Shown piece after piece: positions 14,137-25,895 of a stretch of DNA of 64,000 nucleotides. The translations under genes and the position numbers were made by a program. The stretch comes from Hemiscyllium ocellatum (Eukaryota), in NCBI RefSeq assembly GCF_020745735.1, contig NC_083412.1, forward strand, positions 74,366,320-74,430,319. The letters run 5' to 3'. Below the pieces are notes generated by a model. The model did no database searches. It saw only the letters and a list, made by a program, of their open reading frames with translations, and had not been told where the DNA came from. The number at the start of each line of letters is the position of its first letter. Positions within the stretch are counted from its first letter, which is position 1.

Positions 14137-14297
14137 TAAAAAAAGGTAAAAACAATGACTGCAGATGCTGGAAACCCAATTCTGGATTAGTGGTGCTGGA
14201 AGAGCACCTCCCTGATGAAGGGCTTTTGCCTGAAATGTCGATTTTACTGCTCCTCGGATGCTGCCTGAATGGCTGTGCTCTTCCAGCACCACTAATT
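14137..14297. mobile_element. Neptune-type Penelope-like mini-insertion (foldback pLTR fragments) with a 15-bp TSD
   Basis: Perfect TSD cattatcaggctaag at 14122-14136 and 14298-14312. A 22-bp perfect inverted repeat (14186-14207 and 14275-14296) flanks a hammerhead motif. Confidence 0.85.
14211..14240 (+). ncRNA. Minimal hammerhead ribozyme motif (Neptune-type pLTR)
   Basis: CUGAUGA-a-GGGC uuuu GCCU-GAAA-UGUC. Stem I is weak. Confidence 0.65.
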
Positions 14298-14587
14298 CAT
14301 TATCAGGCTAAGGCCAAACTCTGACAACCTCTTCAATTTCACCTGATAAATAGTAATATTTCACAATTGATACTTCTCAATATTCCCAGGCCATAATTGA
14401 CCCTCTTTCCTCTTTAAGGTTTTTTGACTTCCACAGCAACCAGGGTAAGGTGCTTATTCCTTTCTCCCCATCAAATCTGCTCTGACTTTTCTACCATCTG
14501 CAGCAGATATGTCTGGGTTTTCTGCAAGTTTCCCCTGGCTAGGATCTTCCGTAATTCATCCAGTTTTTCCTACTTTTGTCTGAACTT

Positions 14588-15572
14588 AGTCATATAGCAT
14601 GGAAACAGATCCTTTGGTCCAATCCATCCATGGTGACCAAGTTTCCCAGACTAAACTAATTCCATTTACTTGCATTTGGCCCATATCCCTCTAAACCTTT
14701 TCTATCCATGTTACTGTCCAAATGTCTTTTAAATGTTGTGACTGTACCTGAGCTATACTTCCTTGAGCAATTCATTCCATGTATGCACCACCCTCTGTGT
14801 GAAAAAGTTGCCCCTCAGGTCCCTTTAAATCCTTATCCTCTCACCTTAAGCCTATGCCCTCTTGTTTTGAACTCCCCTACCCTAGGGAAAAGGCCTTTGC
14901 TATTTACCTTATCTATGCCCCTCCTGATTTTATAAATCTCTGGAAGGTTAACCTTCAACCTCCTACATTCCAGGGAAACAATGTTCCAGCCTATCCAGCA
15001 TCTCCTTATAATTCAAACCTTACAATCCTGGTAACATTCCTGTAAGTCATTTCTGCACCCTTTCCAATTTAATTCTAACCTTCCTGTAGCAGGGTGACCA
15101 TTTATGTATGCAATACTCTGAAAGTTGCCTCGCCAATGTTTAATACAGCCACAGCATGTTATTCTACCTCCCATACTCAGTCCTCTGATCAACGAAAGCA
15201 AGCGTACCAAATGCCTCCTTCACCATTTTGTCTAGCTCTTACACCACTTTAAAAGAACTATGTACCTGAACCCCTGGTTCTCTCTGTTTCACGACACTAC
15301 CCAGTGTCCTACTATTAACTGTACAAGCCTTGCCCTGGTTTGCCTTACCAAAATGCAAACCTTGCAATTATCTAAATTAAACTCCATCTGCCACTCCTTG
15401 GCCCAATGACCCAGTTGATCAATAACCCTTTGTAATCTGAGGTGGCTGCCTTCACTGTTGACCAAACCACCAGTTTTGGTGTTGTTTGCAAACTTACTAA
15501 CCATGCTCCTAAATTTTCATCCAGATTGCTTATATAAATGACAGACTACAATGGACCCAGCACTAATCCGTG
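14588..15572 (-). mobile_element. CR1 (HER1-like) LINE 3' fragment
   Basis: ORF 15289..15504 VSKFANNTK...LQRVIDQLGHWAKEWQMEFN. HER1-type tail near 14590. Confidence 0.85.
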
Positions 15573-16290
15573 GATCTCCTTCATCCTCACTTTCCACCAT
15601 TGTAGCTTCTGTATTCACCAATCATCCTGATATATAAATAGCCTGTGACTTAATCCTACCATGAAACACACTTCACCCCCACTCCTCTCAATGTTTTTAT
15701 AAAGGAAATATTTCTTCTGTAGCACCCTCATTCACCCCAACTTTGCCATCTCCAATTTATGGGCGGCACGGTGGCACAGTGGTTAGCACTGCTGCCTCAC
15801 AGCGCCTGTAGACCCGGGTTCAATTCCCGGCTCAGGCGACTGACTGTGTGGAGTTTGCACGTTCTCCTCATGTCTGCGTGGGTTTCCTCCGGGCGCTCCG
15901 GTTTCCTCCCACAGTCACAAAGATGTGCGGGTCAGGTGAATTCCAAGCTAAATTGCCCGTAGTGTTAGGTAAGGGGTAAATGTAGGGGTGTGGGTGGGTT
16001 GCGCTTCGGCGGGTCGGTGTTGACTTGTTGGGCCGAAGGGCCTGTTTCCACACTGTAAGTCTAATCTAAAAAAAAATCCAAACTGTCTTTCCTTTGATAT
16101 CTTTTCACTTGAGCACAGGAGAGACAGCTCTGTTCACTCATTTTCTCCCACACCTCCAACTTCTGTATTCAGTCCACTAACCACTCCTTTCTAGAAGGCA
16201 CTCATTTTGCATTTTCTCTTTTATTGCTTATTCTGCAATCACTTCTAAACTGGGCAGACTAAATGCAGATCAGTTGAGTGATTCTTTAAG
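15573..16290 (+). mobile_element. Highly decayed Neptune-type PLE fragment (RT thumb to GIY-YIG region), interrupted by an HE1 SINE
   Basis: Remnants resemble LTFH...PTTKHIF..PPL..F.R...L...L.H and a decayed YC..C...YIG.TK.R segment at ~16220-16270. Confidence 0.45.
15761..16076 (+). mobile_element. HE1-type V-SINE, full length, young
   Basis: Closely similar to 7341-7652, with A and B boxes, V-domain, ctaatct and an A-rich tail. Confidence 0.93.
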
Positions 16291-16917
16291 CCTGTATATG
16301 TGAGGTAAAAGAATTAATCATCTCAAGCCCAGTTAAAGAATGCAGAAACAGTTTATACCAGCACTTTTACATTACATACAAGAAAATGAGATAGTTAAAA
16401 ACAGTATAACTGCAAGCATACGATTGCTTAGCTGCCTTCACTTGCTGAAATAAGAATGAAGCATAGTATAAATTCTTGGGCTTCATGATAGTTATGACAT
16501 TTGATTTAAGATACAGAAGCAGGATGTTCAATCACAAATGGCTTGCTCTGAAAGGAAGGAAGGAAGGAACAAATAAACAATACTTTTTTTTTGCTTCCTA
16601 CTGGTTTGAAATCCACTTCTAGCAAAATGAGAAACAGATGCTGTGAGGTGTTCCAGATGCATTATGAAATTTTCCAATTTTCCAATTGAGTTTTTTCTTC
16701 CAATTTATTCCTTTTTCATTTGTCTTGACGGTGAACTACAGGTCCCAGCATCGCTGTGATATGTAAACCAAATGATCACTTTACTTGTATGAATCTAAAA
16801 AAATGTGATCACTGATAATGATCATGAACTGGAATCATGATTAATATTTCTCCAACTTCGCTAGTAACAGTAAAATTTATATCACTACTCACATTGATTC
16901 TCTCAGATATAAAGACA

Positions 16918-16948
<31 letters not shown>

Positions 16949-16959
16949 CGCGCACGCGT
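16918..16959. repeat. (TG)n/(CG)n alternating purine-pyrimidine microsatellite
   Basis: gtgtg...tgtgcgtgcgcgcacgcgt, ~42 bp. Confidence 0.95.
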
Positions 16960-17162
16960 TCATCTATAATCAAAATTAAATGGACATTTGTTTAGTTCTA
17001 TAAATTCTATTAATTAACTTTGTTCTTGAATTTTTCCATTTCAAATACTGTAGTGTCCATACAAAACTGGATTTACGTGATGTGGTCTACAACCTTATAA
17101 TCTCCAAGTAATGCCGAATAGCTCTGGATGTAGGTTTGCTCACTGAGCTGATAGGTTCGGTT

Positions 17163-17202
17163 TCAGATGTTTCATCACTATAACAGGTAACATCATCAGT
17201 AA
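17163..17202 (-). ncRNA. Minimal hammerhead ribozyme motif (PLE pLTR)
   Basis: UUA-CUGAUGA-uGUUAC cuguuaua GUGAU-GAAA-CAUC-UGA. Confidence 0.7.
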
Positions 17203-19439
17203 GCCTCTGGATGAAGCACTGGTAGTATGGCCTGCTTTTTATTTATGTGTTCAAGTTTCCTTGGTTTGGTGACATCATCTCATGTGGTGATGCAATTTCC
17301 TGTGATGATGTCATTTCCTGTGGTGATGTCATTTCCAGCGATTATGTAATTTCTTGTTCTTCTTCAAGGGATGGTAAAGGGGATCCAAGTCAATGTGTTT
17401 GTTGATAGAGTTCCAACTGGAATGACATGCTTCTTGGAATTCTCCGGCATTTGGCTTGTCCTAGGATGGATGTGTTGTCCCAGTTGAAGTGGTGTCCTTC
17501 CTCATCTGTATGTAAAGTTACTAGTGAGAGTGGGTCATGTCTTTTTGTGGCTAGTTGATGTTCATGTATCCTGTGGTGGCTAGTTTTCTGCCTGTTTGTC
17601 CAATGCAGTGTTTGTTATAGTTCTTGCAAGGTATTTAGTAAACTACATTAGTTTTGCTTGTGTCTATATACGGTCCTTCAAGTTCATTAACTGCTGTTTT
17701 AGTGTGTTGGTGGTTTTGTGGGTTACCATGATGCCAAGAGGTCTGAGTAGCCTGGCAGTCATTTCCAAGATGTCTTTGAAGTAGGAGAGAGTGGCTAGGG
17801 TTTCTGGACATGTTTTGTCTTGTTTGTGTTTTTTGCTGAGAAATCGGTGGACAGTGTTTGTTGTGTATATATTCTTTTTGAATACATTGTATGAGTGATT
17901 TTCTTTTGCTCTTCATGGTTCCTCTGTTCTGCAGTTCTGTGGCTTGTTGAAATAATGTTTTAATGCAGCTTTGTTTGTGATTGTTGGGATGATTGCTTCT
18001 GTAGTTCAGTATTCGGTCTGTGTGTGTTGTTTTCCTGTAGATGCTGGTTTGAAGTTCTCCATTGGCTGTTCGCTCTACTGTGACATCTAGGAATGGCAGT
18101 TTGTTGTTATTTTCCTCCCCTTTAGTGAATTTTATGCCAGTAAGGGTATTATTGATGGTCTTGAAGGTTCCCTCTAATTTGTTTCATTTAGTGATGACAA
18201 AAGGGTCATCCACATAACGGATCCAAAGTTTGGGTTGGATGGTTGGCAGAGCTGTTTGTTCAAGACTCTGTATTACTGCCTCTGCTAATAACCCTGATAT
18301 CAAAGATCCTATGGGTGTTCCATTGGTCTGTTAGTAGGTTTTGTTTTTGAAGGTGAAGTGGTTGATCAGACATAGGTCCACTAGTTTGACGATATTGTCC
18401 TTGCTGATGAAGTTGATGGTGTTTGGTGTATGTGCCTTTGGTTCTTCTAATAGTGTAGTCAGTGTTTCCTTGGCCAGGTTGATGTTGATGGATGTGAACA
18501 TGGCTGTTACATCAAAGGAAACAATTATTTCACCCTGTTCTATCTTGGTGTCTTTGATAGTCATCAGAATTCTTGGGTGGGATAGATGGAGTGGTGTGTC
18601 TTTTTTAAATGTTTTAACCTTCGGTGTAGCTCCTTGGCTAATCTATAAGTTAATGTTCCAGATAGCGAGACTATGAGTCTGAGGGGGCTCCTGGTTTGTG
18701 AATTTTGGGTAATCCACAGAAGCGTGGTGTGTTGGATCCATCCTGTTTTGTTTTTTGGAAGTCTTGTTTATTTCTCTGGACTTCTGAAGTGTTTTGAGTA
18801 GGGCTGTGATTTGGTTCTTTAGTTGTGGGGTCGGGTCTATCACCACTTGTTGGTAAGTGTTGGTATCTGTGAGCAGTAGATTTGCTTTCTCAATATAGTC
18901 TTACATTTAGAATGACTGTCAAGTATCCTTTGTCTGCAGTTGGCTAACAATGTTTTTATCTTTTTTTAGTCCTTCTAGTGATTTCCTTTTCTGTGTATTG
19001 AGTGTATACAGACAGCAAGCAAAACTAATGTCATTTACAAAATACCTTGTAAGAACTGTAACAAACACTACTTGGACAAATAGGCAGAAAACTAGCCACC
19101 ACAGGATATATGAATATTAATTAGCCACAAAACGACATGACACACTCTCATTAGTATCTTTACATATAGATGAGGAAGGACACCACTTTGACTGGGACAA
19201 AACATCCATTCTAGGACAATCCAAACAGAGACATGACCGAGAATTCCTAGAAGCATGGCATTCCAATCGGAACTCTATCAATAAGCACATTGACTAGGAT
19301 CCCATTAACCTGAGAAAAAGAACAGGAAATGACATCACCACAAGAAATTGCATCACCACAGGAAATGACACCACCAACCCAAGGAAACCTAAACACACAA
19401 AAAAAAGTGGGCCATACCACCACTGCTTCATCTGGAGAC

Positions 19440-19479
19440 TCACTGATGATGTTACTTCATAGGGTGACGAAATGTCTGA
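19440..19479 (+). ncRNA. Minimal hammerhead ribozyme motif (PLE pLTR)
   Basis: UCA-CUGAUGA-uGUUAC uucauagg GUGAC-GAAA-UGUC-UGA. Confidence 0.75.
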
Positions 19480-20078
19480 AACCGAACCTTCCAGCTCAGT
19501 GAGCAAACCTACATCCAGAACCTCAACCTGAGCTACAAATCTTCTCAAAACTCACTAATGCCTAATTGCGATTATTTGGGATGGATTTTATGGCTTCCAT
19601 CAGGATAGCAAGCATGACCGCACTTCTTCAATCACTTGGAGGTTACAAACCCTCCCCTGAATAAGTCAGAGGGCAAAAGGAATTCATGACCAGTGACATT
19701 GGGATGTCAATGAGTGCATTAACTGCAATAATTGTTACTTCCTTTTCAAGTAGTTTTTTTCTTGCTGAACACAGGAAATAAAGTTTTATTGAAAAAGTCA
19801 TCTTGAAATCATGAAGAGATGTTTTGACTTTGTGTCTCTACAATTAATTTATTTTATTTTTTGTGCAGGATAAATACTGTTGATCCTAAATAAGGTTTTA
19901 TCTAATCAAGGGACATCTGGAAGGAAAATTGATCCTGGAATCTTTGTTCAGAAAGTTTGAGCTCAGTATGAACATACATATTACATTTATATGCCACTGA
20001 AACATGATATGGTAGCCTTTGGTAGAAAAAATACAGACATCTCGAATGCCTTAGAGAATAGGAAACTGAGTGAAGTTG

Positions 20079-20124
20079 TTGAATAAGAAGATATAGGGAT
20101 ATTGAATAAGAAGATATAGGGATA
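20079..20124. repeat. Perfect 23-bp tandem duplication
   Basis: ttgaataagaagatatagggata x2. Confidence 0.9.
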
Positions 20125-20149
20125 CAGGTGAAAAATTCATTATAAATAT

Positions 20150-20760
20150 CAATGGAGAATAAAATAAAATGACAAATGTTGATTAGCATTCATTTCTGGA
20201 CATAGCATTAAATATAGTAGACAAGATAGATTTGTATGAAACCTGGGTTAGACAGCATCTGAAGTTCTGTGTTTTTGATATCAAAAAAAGACACCGAAGC
20301 AATGAAAAAAAATGCCAAAGTGACTTACAAAGATAATATCAGAGCTAGAGATTGCAGATACTGGAAAAGATTGAACAGATTGGAACCTCCAAAGAGAAAA
20401 CTTAGAGCTGATCAGACACAGGATTTTAAACTTACAAATGGATTTATCAGGCTAGGTGAGATGAGGATGTTTTTCTTCCAAAACTAGCAATATTTTTTTT
20501 AAAAATGAATACGTTCAATATATGGAGATCAGGAGAAATCTATTTGTTCAGCGAGTGGCTAAAAAGTGGGAATCATTGTCACAGGAAGTAGTGAGGCAAG
20601 TAACTGGCATATTCAGAAGGAAACTAGTACAAGTACAAAGGGAAAAGCAAGATAAGTTGCATTCATTGCGATGCGACAGGTGAATGGAACAATGTGTGAA
20701 GTATAAACACCAATACAGAATGACTGGGAGAAATGAACTCTTATTTTTTGGTGTTCTATG
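20150..20760 (+). mobile_element. Old CR1-type LINE 3' fragment
   Basis: Decayed tatgaaacctgggttagacagcatctg and aggagaaatctatttgttcagcgagtggct segments. Confidence 0.55.
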
Positions 20761-20810
20761 TAATTCAATTGATCTGTAGTTTAGTACAGAACTTGAATAT
20801 TGCTGAAACG

Positions 20811-21652
20811 AGAAGCAATCATCCCAACACCCACAAACGAAGTTGCATTAGAACAGTATTCCAATGAGTCACCACACACTGCAGCACAGAGTAACTACGA
20901 AGAGCAGAGGAAGATCACCTATACAGCGTATTCAAAAAGAATGGGCACCCAATGAACACAGTCCGCCAAACAAGCAGATATAATGTGCCCAGAAACCCTA
21001 GCCACTCTCCCCTATATCAAAGAAATCTCAGAAATGACTGCCAGACTACCCAGATCTCTTGGCATCATGGTAGCCCACAAACTCACCCTCACACTAAAAC
21101 AGCAGTTAATGAATATAAAAGCCGCTACACAGACAACAAGCCAAACGAATGTCATTTACTAAATACCTTGCAAGAACTGTAACAAAGACGACATTGAACA
21201 AACAGGCAGAAAACTAGCCACCAGGATGTATGAACATCAACTAGCCACAAAATGACATAACCCATTCTCACTAGTATCCTTTCATACAGATGAGGAAGGA
21301 CACCACTTTGACTGGGACAACACATCCATCCTAGGAAAAACCAAACAGAGACATGCACGAGAATTCTGATAATCATGGTATTCCAACTGGAACTCTTTCG
21401 ACAAACACATCGACTTGGACCCCATTGACCTCCCTCTGAGAAAAAGAAATGACATTAACACAGTAAATGACATAATCAACCCAAGGAAACCTAAACACTT
21501 AAGTAGAAAGCAGGACATGAAACCAGCGCTTCACCAGAGACTCACTGATAATGTTACCTAGTATGGTGACAAAACGTCTGAAAGTGAACCTTCCAGCTCG
21601 TCAAGCAAACTTACCAGAACCTCAACCTGAGCTAGAAATCTCAAAACTCGCT
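20811..21652 (+). mobile_element. Penelope/Poseidon-type PLE, 5'-truncated (GIY-YIG end, pLTR and tail)
   Basis: Colinear with the 17123-18000 element. Ends in the tail aacctcaacctgagctagaaatctcaaaactcgct. Possible TSD aacgaga (20807-20813 and 21653-21659). Confidence 0.88.
21542..21581 (+). ncRNA. Degenerate hammerhead motif with mutated core
   Basis: UCA-CUGAUAA-uGUUACC uaguau GGUGAC-AAAA-CGUC-UGA. Two catalytic-core G>A changes, so predicted inactive. Confidence 0.6.
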
Positions 21653-22460
21653 AACGAGAGATTTGTTGACGCTCTCTGACTTGTATTCATCAGGACAAAT
21701 GCAAGAATACCAAATTTTAAAATATCAGACCAATGTAGACCACAAGAGAAAAGGAGTCCTGTTTGGATGACAATTTCACTCTGATTAGCCAAAGCAATGT
21801 TATGGGAGGGAAAATAACAAAGTTCATCAAACTCCTGGAGATTGTTTTGATTTTCAATGAAAAGTCAGAATCTGGAGATAATCATAATGCTGGTTTTATA
21901 AGAAATCAAAGCAACCAATAGATCTTTAAAAGTCAGCCATAAAGAAAATTAAGTTTGATTGCTTGCTTAGCTTTCGGTTGAATGGTGACGACATAACTGG
22001 AAGCAGATCTGAACTCTTATGATGTGATAGCCTGAAGCAACATACACACAGCTGTGGTTGAATCATTCTGGATTTGTACTCCTGTTATATTGATGTCAAC
22101 TGAATTCTACTTAACAGTGTTGGGCTCAGTTAATTGTCCAAACCATTATGTGTGATGACATAATTTACACAACCATAAATAAAGTAAGAAAAAATCGGAA
22201 ATGGAGTTTGAGTTAGTGAACGTTTTCTGTGGCTATTTGATTGTCACAAGGGAACCATGAAATTCTCTTGTTTAAGTGAGATCTATAGTACAGTATTGAC
22301 ATTTATTTCTTCATTGGGATTAGCAGGGTTGCACTCTTGTTTATTTTCCTTCACACTACATGAATCGACAGTTCCAACAGTGATTTATGACCTGTACTTG
22401 TCACAGCAGGAACCGCTCCACGGTGATCACATCATGTGGTTGTGCTGCCAAGCATGTACC

Positions 22461-22507
22461 TTACTTACACTTACACTTACACTTACACTTACACACACAC
22501 ACACACA
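22461..22507. repeat. (TTACAC)n-(AC)n compound microsatellite
   Basis: ttac(ttacac)x5 acacacacacac, read directly. Confidence 0.9.
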
Positions 22508-23182
22508 AATAAATAATGCATTTATAATTTTACAAGGCATTACCAAACTGGCCATAAATACTTTACGATGGGAAATTGAAGAAATAGCAATCCAAAATCA
22601 TCGCCCGACAATAAAACAATTACTACTGACACTGCTGGGTTACATAGCTCAGTGATACCATGGCATGAATGAGTTATGTGATCTGGGGTTCCTCAAATTG
22701 CTGGATCTTTGCCATGCTCTATTTATCTTTTATGAATGCCTTCTCTGTATGTGGAGCAGAAGGTGAATGGCGAGCAATGGATATTAATTTTATCCTGACT
22801 GGGACATTGTAAAGCTCTTCTTCTGGAATAAAATTGATATTCTATTGTTTATCTTTGTAGTAATAATATCTTTAATGAAAATTGTCTGCATTGTGCCCAT
22901 TACTTGTATTGTGAAGGTCAAATCTGGCAAGCTGCCTCGACAGCCTCTTTTTCTATCAGGTATAGAGTTATAGATTTGGGGCATGGTTATTACAGAATGG
23001 GGAGGATTTGCTCACTGTATTCCTCCCTTCCCCAAATGCTCTGTTCCCTGCTCCAGTGCCAGGCAAGTGTATTAGACAGGCAGAAGGCACAGTTGTGGTA
23101 GTGGCTGTCATGTGATCTGCCCTCCTCAGTGAGCTCTTATCCTCTGGCTGGGTTTGGGCATGATATGCATGGATTTTTAAAA

Positions 23183-24020
23183 TTCATTCATGGGACCTGT
23201 GTATTGCTAGCTTTATCAGCATTTATTGTCCATTCTTCACTGGCTTGAGAAGGTGGTGGAGAGCTCTTCCTTGAATGACTGCTATCCTTGCTGGAAGTAA
23301 ACTTCCAGTGCCTTTCTGGATGGAGTTCCAGGGTTTTGACCCAGGAACGCAGAAGGAATGGCAGTTCAGCATGTTGAGTGGGTTAGAGTGAAATTTGCTG
23401 GTGGTGTACACGACTTTTTGCTACCCTTCAACTACATGGTAATGGTTTTGGGTTTGGAAGGTGCTGTCGAAGGAGCCTTGGTGAATTTCTACAGTGCATC
23501 ATCTTGTAGATAATGCTAATCATGGAATCCCTACAATGTGAAAACAAGCCATTTGGCCCAACAAGTCCACATTGACCCTCCAAAGAATATCCCATCCAGA
23601 CCTATTCCCTTACCCTATAACTCTACATTTCCCCTGACTAATCCACCCAGCCTCCACATCCCTGAACACTGTGGACAACTGAGCATAGCCAATTCGTCAA
23701 ACCTGCACATCTTTGGACTGTGGGAGAAAACCGGATTACCCAGAGAAAATCCACGCAGACATGGGGAGAATGTGTAAACTCCACACAGTCAGTCACCTGA
23801 GGATGGAATCAAACTTGGGGCCCAGGCACTGTGAAGCAACAGTGCTAACCATTGTGCAACCATGCTGCCCTTGCATTAGTGGTGGAGAGAGTCAATGTTT
23901 GTGGATGTAGTACTAATCAAGCAGCCTGCTTTGTCCTAGATGATGTCAACTTTCATGACTGTTGTTGTAGCCGTACTCATCCAGGCAAGTGGACAGTATT
24001 CCATCACACTCCTGACAGGG
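23183..24020 (-). mobile_element. Family-B LINE 3' fragment interrupted by an HE1 SINE
   Basis: attcattcatggga...agcatttattgtcc...gagaaggtggtgg terminus. The LINE resumes after 23870. Confidence 0.7.
23518..23870 (-). mobile_element. HE1-type V-SINE
   Basis: Reverse complement of the HE1 head (gggcagcatggttgcacaatggttagcactg), V-domain and tail. Confidence 0.88.
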
Positions 24021-24129
24021 TATTATCTTGGTATTGCTGCAATTGCATATGGGCTGCTTACAACAAGTAGTAATCGTGTTCTCTGGAATTTCCAAGTTGG
24101 GGAGAAACAATTTTGTCAAAGTTTTAAAG

Positions 24130-24925
24130 TTTTCATACAGAGGGTGGTGCATGTAGGGAATGAACTGCAGAGGAAGTGTTGGAGGCTGGTACAATTGCAG
24201 TATTTAAAATGCATCAGGATGGTATATGAATAGGAAGGGTTGAGAGAGAGATTGGCCAGGTGCTAGCAAATGGGACTAGATTAGATTAGGATATCTGGTC
24301 GGCATGGACAGGTTGGACCGATGGGTCTGTTCCTGTGCTGGATATCTCTATGACCCGATGACTCTATTAACCAAAATTGACAGGTGACGTGGAGAGAAAC
24401 TGGTTCCACTAGTTGTGGTGTTTAAGACTAAATAGCATGTGCTAAAAATCCTTGCTATAGGAAGGATATTATTAAATCCAAGCATGTTCAGAAAAAATTA
24501 ACCAGAGTGTTGGCAGGTCTGGAGGGTTTGAGTTATAAGGATAGACTGGGATTGTTTTCACTGGAGCTTAGGAGGTTGAGGAGTGATCTTACAGTGGTTT
24601 AAAAAATTATGAGGGACAAAGGGTGTTCAAAAGTAGGGGACATATTTTTAAGGTGAGAGGAGAAAGATTTAAAAGAGACCTAAGGGGCAACTTTTTCACA
24701 CAGAGGGAGGTTCATACATGGAATGAACTGCCAGGGGAAGTGGCAGATGCAGTTACCGTTACACCATTTAAAAGACTTTTAGATAGGTATATGAGTAGGA
24801 AAGGTTTAGTGGGGTATGAGCCAAATGCTGGAAAATGGGACTAATTTAGTTTGGGAAAATTGATCAGCATTGATGAGTTAGATGGAAAAGTCTGTTTCTA
24901 TGCTATATGCCTCTGACTCTATAAA
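24130..24925 (+). mobile_element. Two tandem CR1/HER1 3' fragments
   Basis: ORF 24623..24844 SRGHIFKVRGERFKRDLRGNFFTQR...WNELP. Tails ending (ctatgact) at ~24365 and ~24922. Confidence 0.8.
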
Positions 24926-24934
24926 GAATATAAT

Positions 24935-25895
24935 CATTGAGAACCCCTTAACATTCAATGACAGTACCATAATTGAATACTCCACTATCAATGGTAGGGT
25001 GCCACTGAACAGAAATTGAACTGGACTAGCATATAAGTACTGTGGCTACCAGAGCTGGTCAAAGGCTAGGAATCTTGCAGTCATCTCTTGACTCCCCAAA
25101 AGCCCATCGACTGTCTGCAAGGCACATGCCAGGAGTATGATCATATTTTATTCCACTTGTCTGGATTAGTACAGCTCCAACAATGCTAAAGTAACTTGCC
25201 AATACCCAGGACGTATCATACCACTTGATAGGTACTATATCCATAAATGTTCACTTCAACCACTGCCAACACTCAGCAGCAGCATGTATCTTCTGTAAGA
25301 TACAGTACTGAAATTCTATAAAACTCCTTAGACAGCACTTTCACACCACAACTATTACCATCTAGAAGGAAAAGGCGCCAGATAAATTGGAACACCGTCA
25401 CCTGAAAATTCCTCTTGAAAGCACTTACCATTCTGACTGGGATGGGGAGAAATTTCATTATCCAGAGAGGGGTGGGCTGTGGAATTCTCTGCCATAGTAA
25501 ATAGTTGAGGCCAAAACATTGAACGTTATCAAGAAAGAATTAAATACAGCTCGTACAACTAAAGGAATCAAAGGATATGGGGAGAAAACGGGAATAGTGT
25601 CCTGAGCTGGATGATGTGCTGTGATCCTGTTGATCTTGAAAGAGTCTAATGGCCTACCCCCTGCTCTTATTTTCTATGTTCCTGCAACTTGGAAATATGT
25701 TGCCAAAGATGGAGGATCCTAGAATCAGAGTGTCACAGAGTCAAAATCTGGGACTCCTTCCCTCACCACATTGTGAGTCCACCTCCACCAAATGGACTGC
25801 AATGGTTCAGGAAGGCACCTAACCATTTTCTTGAGGGCCCCTTTCTTTGATTGGTCAATAAATGCTGGCCCTTCAGCGATATCCACAGGCCATGA
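24935..25895 (+). mobile_element. Family-B LINE 3' portion with a nested CR1 3' fragment (~25450-25682)
   Basis: aaattgaactggactagcatata...ccacttgtctggattagtacagctccaacaa...aataaatgctggccc terminus. Confidence 0.7.

Larger units (their letters stand above)
17123..19555 (-). mobile_element. Penelope/Poseidon-type PLE: 5'-truncated RT plus GIY-YIG body (minus strand, ~17123-19005) with an inverted copy of its 3' end (plus strand, ~19008-19555)
   Basis: Minus-strand motifs IVSFDVTAMFTSI, NGTPIGS, LWIRYVDD, LPFLDV and NVVY.IPC...IGQTGRKL. ~510-550 bp inverted repeats. Degenerate 14-bp TSD taatgccgaatagc (17109-17122) and taatgcctaattgc (19556-19569). Confidence 0.92.

Noticed and set aside
17267-17358. 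CRISPR-like array
   Set aside because: The 18-bp units are contiguous with no spacers, in eukaryotic PLE UTR context.
22257-22655. 132-aa ORF
   Set aside because: It runs through a microsatellite (LTLTLT...THTH) and has no recognisable domain or exon structure.
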